A stretch of 63,288 nucleotides of DNA from Negaprion brevirostris. Taxonomy: Eukaryota. The translations under genes were made by a program, and so were the position numbers. The notes under the pieces are model-generated. The model was not told the DNA's origin, did no database searches, and saw only the letters and a list, made by a program, of their open reading frames with translations. Of the stretch, positions 1 to 12,633 are shown piece after piece. Positions within the stretch are counted from its first letter, which is position 1. Every line of letters begins with the position of its first letter. The stretch is from contig JARDVH010000084.1 in NCBI GenBank assembly GCA_030324005.1, positions 50,934,737 to 50,998,024 on the forward strand. Reading direction: 5' to 3'.

Positions 1-80
1 ATCCTCTCCATGTCCACTCCATCCAGGCCTTTCTGTAGCCTGCAAGTTTCAATAAGATCCCCCCTCATCCTTCTAAACAT
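1..80 (-). mobile_element. CR1-clade LINE fragment (ORF2 C-terminus)
   Basis: The reverse strand reads RMRGDLIET, a CR1 ORF2 motif. Confidence 0.7.
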
Positions 81-477
81 CTCAACCAACAAGATGAGAG
101 CCATCATGAACATTCCCATTCTTGTCAGAGCCCAGCCCAGGACTGTAAAAGACGAGAGTGAAGAATTTTGGAACAATATTCAGGGAGAAGTTCCAAGGTG
201 ATGGATCATCAATCTCTTTCTAAGCCTGTCCCAGCAAAGCTAGTCTTCACCTAATTTGATGCATTCCATTGCACCATCAAGAATCAGCTGAGCACAATGA
301 ATATAGCAAATAGCCCCCAAGACATCCTAGCTCTTGCACTGAACACCAGAGTGAACCGCATCTCCAGCCGAGTTGTCCAATGTGGCTCATGATGACTCTC
401 ATCTTGTTGGTTGTTTAATTATCCACCCTTACTATCTGAAATCAGTAATGTGGGCGCTGTGCTTTATCCAAACCAGT

Positions 478-700
478 GTAAGCACTGTACATTCCCTGAG
501 CCGGCAGCTTAATCACTTGCAAGTTCACGGAACTCAGAGGGGTCGGCACTATGCATTCCCCGAACTCGGCAGGGTAGGCACTGTGCACTCCCTGAACCCA
601 GCAGATGGATATTGTACGCTCTTGGAGCCTGGCAGGTCAGGTACTACCACTTCTGCAACCTGGTAGGATGGGCACTGCGTGCTCCCAGAACCCAGCAGGG
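478..700. repeat. Degenerate tandem repeat, unit about 31-32 bp, about 6-7 units
   Basis: Units such as gggtcggcactatgcattccccgaactcggca / gggtaggcactgtgcactccctgaacccagca / ggatgggcactgcgtgctcccagaacccagca. Confidence 0.75.
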
Positions 701-1199
701 CAATGCAGAGAACATTGAATTACTCCACATGGATTAATGGTAATGGGTCAAATTACCATTCCTCATAAACTAGTGTGCCATGCCTTCTAAGTAGATCAGT
801 CCAAATTCGATTTCAGCAACTTCAGTTGCACTCATTGCCAGCTTACAATAAGAAATAAAACATCAAACAAAACTTTGAATGCTTCCTTCCTTGAGCTCAC
901 ACAGCATAGAAATATTAAAAGTAAAAAGGAGCACCTTTCTGCAATGAATTCTCACTCGTACCCAGATTTCAACTTTGATACCGTTCGTGATGAGCTCTGT
1001 TTACATGACACCCTCTGGTTTCGCTCCAGTCCTCACCTTTGTGGAATAAATCATCCAAAATAGTTTACAAGTATCGATTTAAAGTGAAATGGCAACCAGT
1101 AGAGACAATTGCAACTTAAACTCTCAGTAACAAATAAATTATTCAATCTGCTCTAGTTGAAAAATGAACTTGAACTTTTCCTGAGCTCATTAAATACAG

Positions 1200-1236
1200 A
1201 ATGAAGGTGCAAGCTTATGATCTTCACAATCCACAG
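1200..1236 (+). CDS. ODR4: ODR4-family gene, internal exon (xMKVQAYDLHNPQ); upstream exons lie outside the window
   Basis: acag|...CAG|gtaaga, 37 bp, phase 2 to 0. Resembles recalled human ODR4 KIFCRTYDIHDPK and joins in frame to exon 4951. Confidence 0.8.
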
Positions 1237-2394
1237 GTAAGAATAGTGTGATAGAGTTTAAATTCACCTTATTCAAATGAAATGGTTTTTCCATTTTATT
1301 GTGTTAATTCTGTAGCAGAGTTTTTCTTTGCAGAATTATCAAGTATAGCTTTAAATTTTAAATTTCAGTCTGTGGATGTGTATGCCATTAAAATATGGGT
1401 TACTAGAAGGCTTTACAATCAGTGTGGAAATTTGTCCAATGCAAGCAGCACTGGTGTTTGAGCTTTCAAAATTGCCCCTGTGATATGTTACATTAATAAG
1501 CTGTGTAAGTGCCGTGCATTAACTAATAAAGATTTTTTATACAAAAACTCATATAGTATTATCAAATCTGGAGATTGCTGAAAGGAGAAACATGTTGTCA
1601 AAGCTTTTCGTCTTGCACCCATCAAGATAAATGCNNNNNNNNNNNNNNNNNNNNNNNNNNNNNNNNNNNNNNNNNNNNNNNNNNNNNNNNNNNNNNNNNN
1701 NNNNNNNNNNNNNNNNNNNNNNNNNNNNNNNNNNNNNNNNNNNNNNNNNNNNNNNNNNNNNNNNNNNNNNNNNNNNNNNNNNNNNNNNNNNNNNNNNNNN
1801 NNNNNNNNNNNNNNNNNNNNNNNNNNNNNNNNNNNNNNNNNNNNNNNNNNNNNNNNNNNNNNNNNNNNNNNNNNNNNNNNNNNNNNNNNNNNNNNNNNNN
1901 NNNNNNNNNNNNNNNNNNNNNNNNNNNNNNNNNNNNNNNNNNNNNNNNNNNNNNNNNNNNNNNNNNNNNNNNNNNNNNNNNNNNNNNNNNNNNNNNNTCT
2001 GGTTAAATAAATACGACTAACCAAAGGAACATGCATTTTTATTTGATCAGCCAGTTGTTGGGACAGCTGGCTGTTAAAGGCTTTGCCATTCCAGAGTAAT
2101 TTAAGGTAGACAATACACTTTTCAGGTTTGAAAGGGTAACTTTTGGCCCTTTGCAATTTTGCAAGGTACACAGTGAATAAATTATCTGATCATGATTGCC
2201 ATTGTGTGGCAGAATAGCTTTGACGCACTCTATTTCTGTGTTGAGCTTGCAAGGTGAGCAAATAGCTAGGGTCTTTTTACAAATTGGGGGTTTGCGGTGC
2301 TATGCAAATCCCAATGTGCATATTGACCAGTGAAGGTATGCTTGCAATAGACAGTAGCAGAGAACCTATTAGTGGATTTCTCAATTAGCACGTC

Positions 2395-2990
2395 AAGGAG
2401 ATTGACTTTTCAAAAAGCATTTGACACAGTACCATGTAATAGAGCTTTTCTCAAAATTAAAGCTCATGCGTTTGAAGGTACAGTGGCAGTATGGAATTAA
2501 ATTAGCTAAGGGACAAAAAGCAGAAAGGCATGATGCATGATTATTTTTTGTGAATAGAGGGAAATGTGCACACATGTTCCCCACTTACGAAACTCAAAAA
2601 TGCAGCAATGAGGAGGTAACTGACTTCAAGAAGACATTGACAGACTGATGAAATAGGCAGATACATTGCAGATAGAAGTTAACAGAGTGTGAAATAATTC
2701 ATTTTTTTCAGAATGAAAAATACCAATATAGGCTAATTGATACAATTTTAATGGGGTTATGAGAACACATTGAAATGAGGAGGATGTTTTTACACAAATC
2801 TTTGAACGTAGCAGGACAACTTGAAAACATTTTTAAAAAGCCATTCTGGATCGTTGAATTTATTTGTCGAAGCATGGAATACAAAAAGCATGGAGGCACA
2901 AACACTGACTAGGCCTCAGCTAGAGTAATATGTTCAGTTCTGGGTGCTACACTTTAGCAAGGACGTAAAGATGTAGAGAGATGCATCGTT
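2395..2990 (+). mobile_element. Decayed CR1 LINE RT region
   Basis: gacttttcaaaaagcatttgacacagtacc (DFQKAFD.VP-like) and later aggcctcagctagagtaatatgttcagttctgg (RPQLEY.VQFW-like). Confidence 0.75.
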
Positions 2991-3504
2991 GTGCATCGCT
3001 GAACATCACAATAGGAGGCTAATATCACAACTTGTAGGACAGACCNNNNNNNNNNNNNNNNNNNNNNNNNNNNNNNNNNNNNNNNNNNNNNNNNNNNNNN
3101 NNNNNNNNNNNNNNNNNNNNNNNNNNNNNNNNNNNNNNNNNNNNNCAGACCCAAGTGTTGCCTTCCTCAGCCAGAACAGAATACTAATGCCCATTAGTAC
3201 AAAAATTACAAGGTTCCTTTGAACGCTTAGTTGTTCAAGAATATTTGGAACGTGCTATTGCTGCTGTTCTTTTAAAGGATAAAATCTAAGTAATGCATGC
3301 CCAATATACAGGATAGGCATAATGTTTCACAAAAATATCTTAAAACGAAGGTGAGCCTTTTTCCTTACCCATTGTTTGGGGCATGCCAATTTGCAGCAGC
3401 TCCATCTATGTGCAGAACATTGAATGGAGAAGAACAAAAAAGGTAAGTAATTCTTTTTTTGGTCCTTGGGCCCTGATTTTCCTTGGACTTTCTGTTGTTG
3501 TGCA

Positions 3505-3927
3505 GTTGTGTGCCTGATGCGAGACCCCCGAAACAAGTGTTCTACTCGGAGCTTCAACATAGCAAGCAAACCCCATGAGGGAAGAGGAAATGCCTGAAGG
3601 ATGCATTCAAGGCTTCCTTGAAGAAGTGCAACATGCCTACCAGCACCTGGGAACCCCTGGCCCAGGATCACCCAAGTGGAAGAAAAGTATCCAGGGAGGA
3701 GCTGAACACCTTAGGTTTCCTCACCAAGAGCAAGTTGAAGCCAAGTGTCAACAGCAAAAGGAGCACATGGCAACCCAAGCATCCAACCCACCCACTCCCT
3801 CCAACCATCTCTGCCCCATCTGTGACAGAGATTGTAGGTTACGCATTGGACTTCTCAGTCGCCTGAGAACTAACTTTTAGTGTGGAAGCAAATCATCCTG
3901 GATTCCAAGGGACTGCCTAAGAAGAAG
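3505..3927 (+). mobile_element. RTE-clade LINE 3' end
   Basis: ORF 3575 ends in CPICDRDCRLRIGLLSRLRT (RTE-type C-terminal Zn-finger-like motif), then a short 3' UTR and (aag)n tail. Confidence 0.8.
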
Positions 3928-4269
3928 TATATTTGTTAATGCAGCAGTTCACAAACATAAACAGGGTTTCCATTGCATTTCCAGGAAAGTTAAGGCGTAT
4001 AGCGCAGGATTAAAAAATTTGTTGCCACAATGACACATAGTGAACAGAAATGTTGAGAGGAAAGTATACAAATATTTCACATCTACCTGTACAACAGTTT
4101 CATAACATGCTTGTTTGCATTTAACTGTTTTTCAGTTGTACTGCTGGAAGCTATAATTTGTAACCTTGCCAATTCTTAACTTTGCCACTTTTTTTTTGCA
4201 TTAAAGATCAAAAAATGTGTAAATATTGGGATCTTTAATGCTAACTTCATGCAGCTGTGGCATTTTATA

Positions 4270-4650
4270 CTTTTAGTCAGAAGGTTCTAGCTTTAAATAC
4301 TATACCAGAATTTGAATACTGAAGGATCACTACATGGTTGAAGGTGTGCTGTCTTTCAGAATGAGATTAAACCAAGACTCTGTCTGCTTATACAAGTGTA
4401 TGTAAAAGATTACACAGCATTACTTGAAGAAAATGTGACTTTTCTAATGGCTGCTATTCTTCTGTCAGGTTAGCACCACCAAAAGCACAAATTAATCATT
4501 CATCTCACTTGCTGTTTGTGGGACCTTGCCCAATTAAAGATGTCTGCAATGCTTGTGAGATGGACAGTCTCTGTTCATTAGAAGTAATTAATGCTTGTGA
4601 GGTACATTAGGGGACGTCTTGAACATTGTGTAAATGCACATTTTTCTTCA
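4270..4650 (+). mobile_element. Deu-domain SINE (SacSINE1/AmnSINE-like), decayed
   Basis: gtctttcagaatgagattaaaccaagac...aaagat...ttgctgtttgtgggaccttg...aaatgcacatt. Similar copies occur elsewhere in the window. Confidence 0.7.
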
Positions 4651-4950
4651 TCTTTAAGTATCTCAACATACATTTGTAAGATAGTTTCGTGACATAAAAC
4701 TATTTTTTGGGATAATACAAGCAGGAAAACAACCAATAGCAAATATGTCAAAACAAAGTAAAAACTGATAAATCCCTAGAAACTGATGGTAAATATGTTG
4801 GTTTAAAACTTTGACATCAAGGTATTAAATAGAAATATTTGAACATTTTTAACAGTGGGAACAGTATTATGAATGCCAAATACTTATGCAATAATTCCAG
4901 CAAGAAAATATTCTATCTAATAATGAATCTTAATTTTTTGTATTTTCAAG

Positions 4951-5085
4951 GCTTCTATTAAAGCGCTGGATTGTAAATCTAGCAGTTTGTCAGCTCCATG
5001 GCAGATTATGGAAGCCACCTTGAATGTGGATGTTCATATCCCGATACCTGTAGCTGCAGAACATCAGTTTGACAAGGATTCATTG
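4951..5085 (+). CDS. ODR4: ODR4-family exon (ASIKALDCKSSSLSAPWQIMEATLNVDVHIPIPVAAEHQFDKDSL)
   Basis: ttttcaag| and |gtatgt, 135 bp open, phase 0-0. Aligns with recalled ODR4 SSARPADWKYQSGLSSSWLSLECTVHINIHIP. Confidence 0.9.
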
Positions 5086-5829
5086 GTATGTGTTACATAT
5101 TTTGTTCTAAAGCATTCCATTTTTCCACTGATTAGAGTTTCATGAGTCAAATATTCGTCTGTTATTTTGGATTCCTCCCACTGTTCCTAAAGTTTGATTT
5201 AGGTTTGATTGAACAGTACAAGAAATGGAAGATGGATACGATGTGATAAAAGAGAGATACAGAGATATTTGGCAAACCAATCGCCCCTTTTCCATTTAAA
5301 ATTGCCAGTATAAGAATAGTGAATACAGTATATTATATTGATAGAGATACTTAGGAATCACTATGATACAGACGATACGTTTAGGGGAGTGAAGAATGGT
5401 GCAAGCTTATTCCATGTGTTGAAGTTTGAGGTAAAAGTACAGCTGCTGGTAGGATACCGGAAAATAATAATGCTGTAGAGACAACAGTACCTCTAGAAAG
5501 AAAAATGGAGAAGCAACAAATGAACAGCATCAGCTGCATGTGGCAGAAATAGTAGAAAATGATCCAGCATTGGCAAATGAGATTAAGAAATTCTGTCATT
5601 CTGCAAGAAGAGAGGAGTCATGTGCAGGTGGATACTAACTGAACAGAGTAAAAGAGGATAGGGTGAAAAAAAAGCAAATGGTTTTGGTGTAAGAAGAAAA
5701 TGCTAAAACAATGGCTCTCCCAGTACAGTCCAAATGAATCATGAGCGCACAGGATAAAGTGGCAGGGAGCAGATGGTGCTCAGAAGGATAATGATCTCCT
5801 GTTAGGTGGTTCTCTCTTCATTTCATTCA

Positions 5830-7790
5830 ATCTTTTCACAGGATGTGTGTTTCATTGGCTATGCCAGCATTTATTTAAGAACATAAGAAATAGGAGCAGG
5901 AGTAGGCCATCCAGCCCCTTGAGCCCACCCCGCCATCCAATAAGATCATGGCTGATCTGTCGTGTCTCAGTTCCACATTCCCACCCTCTCCCCATAACCC
6001 TTAATCCCCTTGCCNNNNNNNNNNNNNNNNNNNNNNNNNNNNNNNNNNNNNNNNNNNNNNNNNNNNNNNNNNNNNNNNNNNNNNNNNNNNNNNNNNNNNN
6101 NNNNNNNNNNNNNNTCCAGCTGCGGCCTCACCAGTGCCCTATACAGCTGCAGCAAGACCTCCCTACTTTTATATTCAATCCCCCTCGCTATTTGCCCATC
6201 CCTAATTGCCCTTGAGAAGGTGGTGGTGATTGATCCACTTGCATTCTATATGATGTAGGTACAGCACTGTTAGGAAGGGAATTTTGTGATTTTGACCCAG
6301 TGACAGCAAAGGAATAGTAATATAATTCCAAATTAGGTTGTTGGGTGGTTTGGAGGGGAATTTACAACTTGTGATATCCTCTTCCATCTATCTTTGTCCT
6401 AGAGGTCAGAGGTTCACAAGGTGCTGTCGAAGGAGGTTTGGTGAGTTGCTGCAGTCACATCTTGTAGATCCTGCCATTGTGCATTAATGGTGGAGGGAGT
6501 GAATGTTTAAGGTGGTGGTTGAGATGCCAGTCAAGCGGGTTGCTTTGCCCTGTGTGGTGTCAGGATTCTTGAGTGTTGTTAGGTCTGCACTTATCTAGGC
6601 AAGTGAAGAGTATTCCATAACACTCCTGTTTTGTGGCTTGGAAGCGGCCAGCAGGCTTTCAGGAGTCAGGGGGTGGTTTACTCTCCACTGAATTCCCAGC
6701 CCCGACCTACTCTTGTACCCCAATATTTATATGGCTGGTCCATTTCAGTTTTGGATTCAGCATGGGAATTGTGGTTGGATTCTCTGATGTTAGATGCTGG
6801 GGATGATTGTTGCCTGACAGTTGTGCAGCGCGAATATTATTTGCAACTGCCAGCCCGAGCCTGAATTTTGTTCAGTTCTTGCTGCTAATGAGACACGTAC
6901 TGCTCAGCTATCTGAGGAATCATGAATGGTGCTGACCGTTGTGCAGTCATCATATGCGAATATCCCTGCCTCTGACCATATGATGGAAGGGAACGTCATT
7001 GATGAAGCACCTGATGATGTTTGGGCTAAGGAAACTATCCTGAGAATCTCCTCCAGTGAAATCTTAGGCCTGAGCTGATCGATCGCCAACATCCACAACA
7101 TCTTCCTTTGTGCCAAGTATGATATCAATCAGTGGAGAATTTTCCCCTTGATTCCCATTGACACCAGTTTTTCTAGGTGTAGTGTTCTCACAGAGGCCAG
7201 TCTTCTGTCACTATTCTCCTTTTATGTGCATAAAGTTGCACTCAGCGGCTACAGTGTACAAGTCAAACCCCGGAGTCTTTTGACTGCTGACTTGAGTGGG
7301 GACAACTGATTTTAAACCCCTTGCTACTCCATCCCTATTGGGCAAGTGCCCTAATGGGGAGCTCGTACTCTACAAGGCAGATACATTGACAATCCCCTGT
7401 GGCCATCATAACACTAGGGCTCCTTGATGCCACATTTGGTCAATTGCAACCTCAATATCAAGGGCATTCACTCTCACCTCACCTCTGACGTTATGCTCCT
7501 TTGTCTATATTTGAACCAAGGCTATAATGAGACCAGGAACTGAGTGACCCAGTAGAATCCAAACTGAGCACCAAAGAACAGATTATTGCTGAGCAAGTAA
7601 TACTTGATAGCACTGGTGATAACACTTCCCATCACTTTGCTGGTGATTGTGAGTTGATTGAAATAGTGGCAATTCCCTGTATTCGATTTGTTCTGCTTCC
7701 AATGAACAGGGCGTACCTGGCCAAATTTCCGCATTGCTGGATAGATACCATTGTTATAGGTATACTGGAACAGGTTGGCTAGGGACAATG
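5830..7790 (-). mobile_element. CR1/L2-type LINE ('family B'), interrupted by a CR1 3' fragment (about 5876-6190) and a solo LTR (7178-7413)
   Basis: Tail ccagcatttatt...tgcccatccctaattgcccttgagaaggtgg. RT remnants in minus ORFs 6904 (FAYDD) and 7522 (QFGF). Confidence 0.8.
7178..7413 (-). mobile_element. Solo LTR (Gypsy-like), 236 bp
   Basis: TG...CA termini with perfect 5-bp TSD ctagg (7173-7177 and 7414-7418). Orientation is tentative. Confidence 0.85.
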
Positions 7791-8068
7791 TCAGTGATGT
7801 AAAAATGTTCTAGAGAGGGTACTAGTTTAGCAAATTACATTGTTTGAAATAGTGTTGATTTATTAATCTCTTAAAATTTGTGAATTGAGATGTCTAATCG
7901 AAGATAGAATATTCAAAGAAAGCTAACAAAGCTGATAGCTGTACTGCTCAAATATATTTTACTGAATGAAAGAAGTTCATTTTCTAATACAAATTAACTC
8001 ATTTTAAATTAATTGGTTGAAAATTCAAACTGAATTGTAGCAACTGTCGTAATACAGTTACCTATTGT

Positions 8069-8222
8069 GGGTGGCGTGGTGGCACAGTGGTTAGCATTGC
8101 TGCCTTGTAGCTCCAGAAACCTGGGTTTAGTTATGGCCTTGGGTGATTATCCACGTGGAGTTTGCACTTCTTCTGAGTGGGTTTCCTCCAGATGCTTTAG
8201 CATTCTCCCACAGATTTAAAGT
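8069..8222 (+). mobile_element. HE1-type V-SINE, 5' part
   Basis: tRNA-like head (tggcacagtggttagca...gggtttag) plus V-domain gtggagtttgcac...gggtttcctcc. Confidence 0.8.
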
Positions 8223-8224
8223 GG

Positions 8225-8885
8225 GAAACCAGACATCCAAGATAAATCAACTTTGGTGACATTTTAATATAACCCATGAAACAGTGATGTTCTGTTGGCA
8301 TGCTGGGTACCCAAGAGACTGTGGAGCTTGAATACACGTGACAGTTCGAGGCAGAGGAATACCGAAAGGAGAGATTGAAGTCTTTGAAGTGAATCCTTGG
8401 TGAAGGCATCCAAGAGAAAGCATTGTTTGGTTGAAGATTCTAAGGCATGTTTTTTGGGAGTGGATTTTGGAGACACTCGTGGAAGCCAGATTTCGACTGA
8501 GATCATTTGGATTTTGTAATAAGCTTTAGGGGAGATTTGATGAGAAGTCCACAGAAGTTATATCGAGTTGCGCCAACCACTTAATTTCAAAGAGTGGTGT
8601 ATCTGACCACAGTTGGGTTGTAAGTTTATGTGGCCCATGTGCATACAGAGACCATTATAGTACAAGATATATTTTGTAACATCTGTGAATATATATGTGA
8701 GATGAAGGAGTATTGTATTATAGTCAATCTTTTAATGTTTAATAACTATTTTCTTTTGTTAAGTTATTTGACAGTCTTTAAATCTGTTCATTCATGTGTC
8801 TAAATAAAAAAATAGAAGTCTATGGCACTAGGGTTCTACTTCGGGATCTGACTGTCCAGTAGTAACATCAGTTGGGATTGTAACA
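8225..8885 (+). mobile_element. Probable LTR remnant
   Basis: Ends ...aataaaa...cagttgggattgtaaca and sits between two SINE fragments; no TSD confirmed. Confidence 0.45.
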
Positions 8886-9075
8886 TGGTAAATATCACTC
8901 CCTCAAACGGTTTACCCGGCCATTACGACATTGATTGTGGAAGATTGCTGAGCACAAATTAGTTGCTGTGTTTCCTGCATTACAACAGTGACTACACTTC
9001 AAAAATACTTAATTCCAAAGTCCTTTGAGATTTCTGGTTGTTATGCAAAGTGCTATATTAAAGGCAAGTCTTTCT
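8886..9075 (+). mobile_element. Deu-domain SINE 3' part
   Basis: cattacaacagtgactacacttcaaaa...gtgctatattaaaggcaagtctttc tail. Confidence 0.75.
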
Positions 9076-9338
9076 CTTTTTTTTGCCTCTGCCTCTGAAC
9101 TTTAGATCAGTGGAATTTTTATTTCCAAAGATTTCATTTCATTGTCAGTATATACCTTGTAATGCAGCATTTTTCTTTCAGATGTAATTCCGTTAAGTTG
9201 CGCTTGTCTATGATGACATGTTGAGGAAAATATCAGAGTTAGAGAGGATAAGCAATGCAATAAGCAATCATTATTGTTTGTGTAATTTTTACGGAATATA
9301 TTGTTGTTCTCTTTCCTTCCACCGTTTTCCCTCCCCAG

Positions 9339-9434
9339 AAAGGTCTGATTACCTGGGCAAAACAAATTATGCAAAGCAGTTACCTGATAAACGGACAGTT
9401 TAAAGAACCAGAGAGCTTATTAGGGGAAGGATCG
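9339..9434 (+). CDS. ODR4: ODR4-family exon (KGLITWAKQIMQSSYLINGQFKEPESLLGEGS)
   Basis: Long pyrimidine tract ending ccccag|, donor |gtatgg, 96 bp, phase 0-0. Matches recalled NGLTRWAKEIENGVYLINGQVKDED. Confidence 0.93.
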
Positions 9435-9829
9435 GTATGGAATCTCAATAATATTTTGGATTTGTTCCTTTTTAAAAGTGCATTTAATATAACCTATCTA
9501 AGAGTTGCTGACCAAAATATGCTATTTTCCTGTTCCCTTTAATATTTATAACTTACAACAGTTTCTGTACTATCATCTAGTTGGGTGGGATTGCAAATAT
9601 CTCGTTCTGTTCATATCCATCTACTCATGGCCAGAGGACCATTGCAAGTTCTATTCTGGTTCCTATACTGTTACCACTGTTGCTTCCCAAAGATATCTCC
9701 TGTTTCTCATCCATGTACTGCTATATGGCTACAACATCAGTTTTCATATGTATGAAAACACCAGAGTCTACGTTGTCAGACAGAAATTTCCTACAACCTA
9801 ATATTAGAAAGACTGAAGCTTCTGTTTTT

Positions 9830-11420
9830 TTCAGTCAAGGGTTGAGGTGTCGTTAGCTAGGGCAGTATTCATTGCCCATCTTAATTGCCCATAAAAAGGT
9901 GGATGTGAGCTGCCTTCTTGAACTGCTTCAGTCCGTGTGGTATAGTTAGACCCACAGTGCTGTTAGGGAGTGAATTTCAGGATTTTGTCCCAGACAAATA
10001 GGAAGGCAAGGCTATGGGGGATTTGCAAACAAGGATGAGAAGTTAAAATTAGGGCATAACNNNNNNNNNNNNNNNNNNNNNNNNNNNNNNNNNNNNNNNN
10101 NNNNNNNNNNNNNNNNNNNNNNNNNNNNNNNNNNNNNNNNNNNNNNNNNNNNNNNNNNNNAAGGCTATGGAGGATTTGCAAACAAGGATGAGAAGTTAAA
10201 ATTAGGGCATAACCAGGAGCCCATGTAGTGTCAAGGACAGGAATGATGGGGAAAACAGGATTTGAGAGTTCCTCTCAAATATATCATTGTTCCTAGTGAA
10301 GGAACAATGATATATTTCCAAGTCAGAATGAATAACTTGAAAGGGAACTTCCATGTGATCGCGGTGTTCCCATGTATCTGCTGCTGTTGTCCTTCTAGAT
10401 GGTAGTGGTCATGGGGTTTGGTAGGTGCAATCTCAAGCATCCTTTTGTAGTCCTGCACCTTATGGATGGTACACACAGTTGCTACAATGCATCAGTGATG
10501 TAGTTAGTGAATGTTATGGAAGGGATGCCAATCAAGCAGGCTGTGTTGTCCTGGGTGGTGTCAAGCTTCTTCACTGTTGTTGGGGCTGCATTCTTCCAGG
10601 CAAGTGGAGAGAATTCCATCACACTCCTGATCTGTGCCTGTAGATCGTAGACAGACCTTCTCAGGAATCAGGAGGTGAGTTGCCTACTTTGTCCCTGACC
10701 TGTTTTTATATGATTAGTCCAGTTTAATTTCTGGTCAGTGGTACCCCACAGGATGTTGATAGTGGGGGATTTCAGTGAGGATATCAAGGATGTTTTCCCC
10801 TCTTGTTAGATCCCTTACCACCTATCACAGACCCAGTCTAGCAGCACAGTGGTTAGCACTACTACTTCACAGCATCAGAATTTGGGTTCAATTCCAGCCT
10901 TGGATGACTGTCTCTGTGAAGTTTGCATATTCTCCCCATGTTTGAATAGGTTTCCTTCTGGTCCTCCAATTTCCTCTCACAGTTCAAAGATGTGTAGGTG
11001 AGGTGGATTGGGGGGGGGGGTGGGGGGGGGGGCAATGTTCTTTTGGAGAGTTGATGCACACTCAATGGGCTGGATGGCTTCTTTCTGCATAATAGATTCT
11101 GTGTCCTTTGCGACTTGACCAGCGTGGTCAGTAGTGATATTACTGAGCCATTCTTGATGATGCACCTTGAATTCCCCCACCCAGGGTATACCTGACCTGG
11201 GGCTTTGTCTGTATGGTACAATTACTGTCAGGCCATTGCTTGATTAGTCCGTGAGACAGCTCTCTCAATTTTGTTACAAGCGCCAGATATTTGTAAGGAG
11301 GACTTTGCAGAGTCAACAGAGCTGGGTTTGCCTTCTTCATTCCCAGTGCCTAGGTTGATGTCAGATTGTCTGACGGTTTCATACAATTGAGTGGCTTACT
11401 AGGCCATTTAAGAGTCCCAT
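9830..11420 (-). mobile_element. LINE 'family B' fragment containing an inverted L2 piece (9994-10275) and an HE1 SINE (about 10838-11105, + strand)
   Basis: attgcccatcttaattgccc tail shared with 5830 and 20452. SINE head agcacagtggttagcact. Confidence 0.75.
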
Positions 11421-11429
11421 ATTTCATAG

Positions 11430-11952
11430 CCACAATTCCCATCTTTGTCCTTGCAACTGTTGAGAGCTGAACCAGACTGTTCAGAATCTCAAAGTCATAT
11501 TTGATCCTGAGATGAGCTGCCGACTATATATCCACAGCTGCACTAAGCTTGCCTCTGCATCATCACTCAATTCTGTTCTTATCTCAACTCATCTGCTGAA
11601 ACACTCATCCATGTTTTTAATAGCTATGGGCTTGACTATTCCTATGCATTCCTGGCTGACATCTCACATTCAATCATTCATAAACTTGAGGCCAGCCAAA
11701 ATAGTCCTTGTCCTAACTCTCAAATTCTGTTTTCCCCATCACTCCTGTCCTTGACACTACATGGACTCCTGGTTATGCCCTAATTTTAACTTCTCATCCT
11801 TGTTTGCAAATCCTCCATAGTTTTGCCTTCCTATTTCTGTAATCTCCTCTAGGCCTCCCACTCTCCGATGTATATCTGGCTTCTTGAGCATTTCAAACTT
11901 GGGGATATGTTATAACTTTAAATCTGCTTATAAATGCAGACTGTTGTTGTAG
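11430..11952 (+). mobile_element. L2-clade LINE 3' end
   Basis: ctgctgaaacactcatccatg...cttgactattcc...ccccatcactcctgtcctt...ctacatggactcctgg (ETLIH..LDY..HITPVL..LHWLP-like) with a tgttgttg tail. Confidence 0.8.
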
Positions 11953-11979
11953 TTATCCTATCTTTTAAAGTTATGAAAG

Positions 11980-12450
11980 TATAGAGTCATAGAGGTTTAC
12001 AGCATGGAAATAGGTCCCTCAGCCCAACTTGTCCATGCCGCCCTTTTTTATGAACCCCTAAGCAAGTCCCAATTGTCCGCATTTGGCCTATATCCCTCTA
12101 TACCCATTTTACCCATGTAACTGTCTAAACGCTTTTTAAAAGACAAAATTGTACCTGCCTCTACTACTACCTCGGGCAGTTTGTTCCAGACACTTNNNNN
12201 NNNNNCCCAACTTGTTCATGCCACCCTTTTTTTTAAACTATTAAGCAAGTCCCAATTGCCTGCATTTGGCTCATATCCCTCTCCACCAATCTTACCAATG
12301 TGACTAAATGCTTTTTAAAAGACAAAATTGTACCTGCCTCTACTACTATCTCTGGCAGCTTGTTCCAGACACACACCACCCTCTGTGAAAAAATTATCCC
12401 TCTGGACCCTTTTGTATCTCTCCCCTCTCACCTTAAACCTATGTCCTCGA
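11980..12450 (-). mobile_element. CR1 LINE 3' end, present as two tandem copies around a 10-N gap
   Basis: cccaacttgt.catgcc...aaaagacaaaattgtacctgcctctactact occurs at about 12023-12195 and again at 12206-12375. Confidence 0.75.
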
Positions 12451-12591
12451 GTGTCCTATCTTCAAACAGTATTATCTATGCACAATTTATCAAAACCCTA
12501 ATGTATTGAAGAGAATTTAATTTATTATATGTGCAGTTTGTTGATCTTTAAATTGCCACTGAATTTTCTTTTGTTTTTGTTACTTCCACAG

Positions 12592-12633
12592 AAGAAGAAG
12601 GCACCAGCGGAAGTCCAGTTCCTGACAGCTCCT
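12592..12633 (+). CDS. ODR4: ODR4-family short exon (KKKAPAEVQFLTAP)
   Basis: Strong acceptor ttgtttttgttacttccacag|, donor |gttagt, 42 bp, phase 0-0. Corresponds to a shortened KKS...DVRVLTQL segment. Confidence 0.8.

Noticed and set aside
478-700. CRISPR-like periodicity
   Set aside because: Vertebrate DNA, degenerate units without unique spacers, and no cas genes.
1488-2171. Long ORFs here and at 37171, 38945-39691, 56336-56948 and 60466-61214
   Set aside because: They are artefacts of N runs translated as X.
8069-8140. tRNA genes at SINE heads (also 10838, 37121, 50320, 56428, 56980)
   Set aside because: The A/B-box-like heads continue into SINE bodies, and no complete cloverleaf is evident.
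10008-10213. Direct repeat of about 53 bp on both sides of the 100-N gap
   Set aside because: Typical unmerged contig overlap (one mismatch, probably allelic), not a biological duplication.
12023-12375. Tandem duplication of a CR1 3' end
   Set aside because: It straddles a 10-N gap, so a real tandem cannot be told from a join of two repeat copies.
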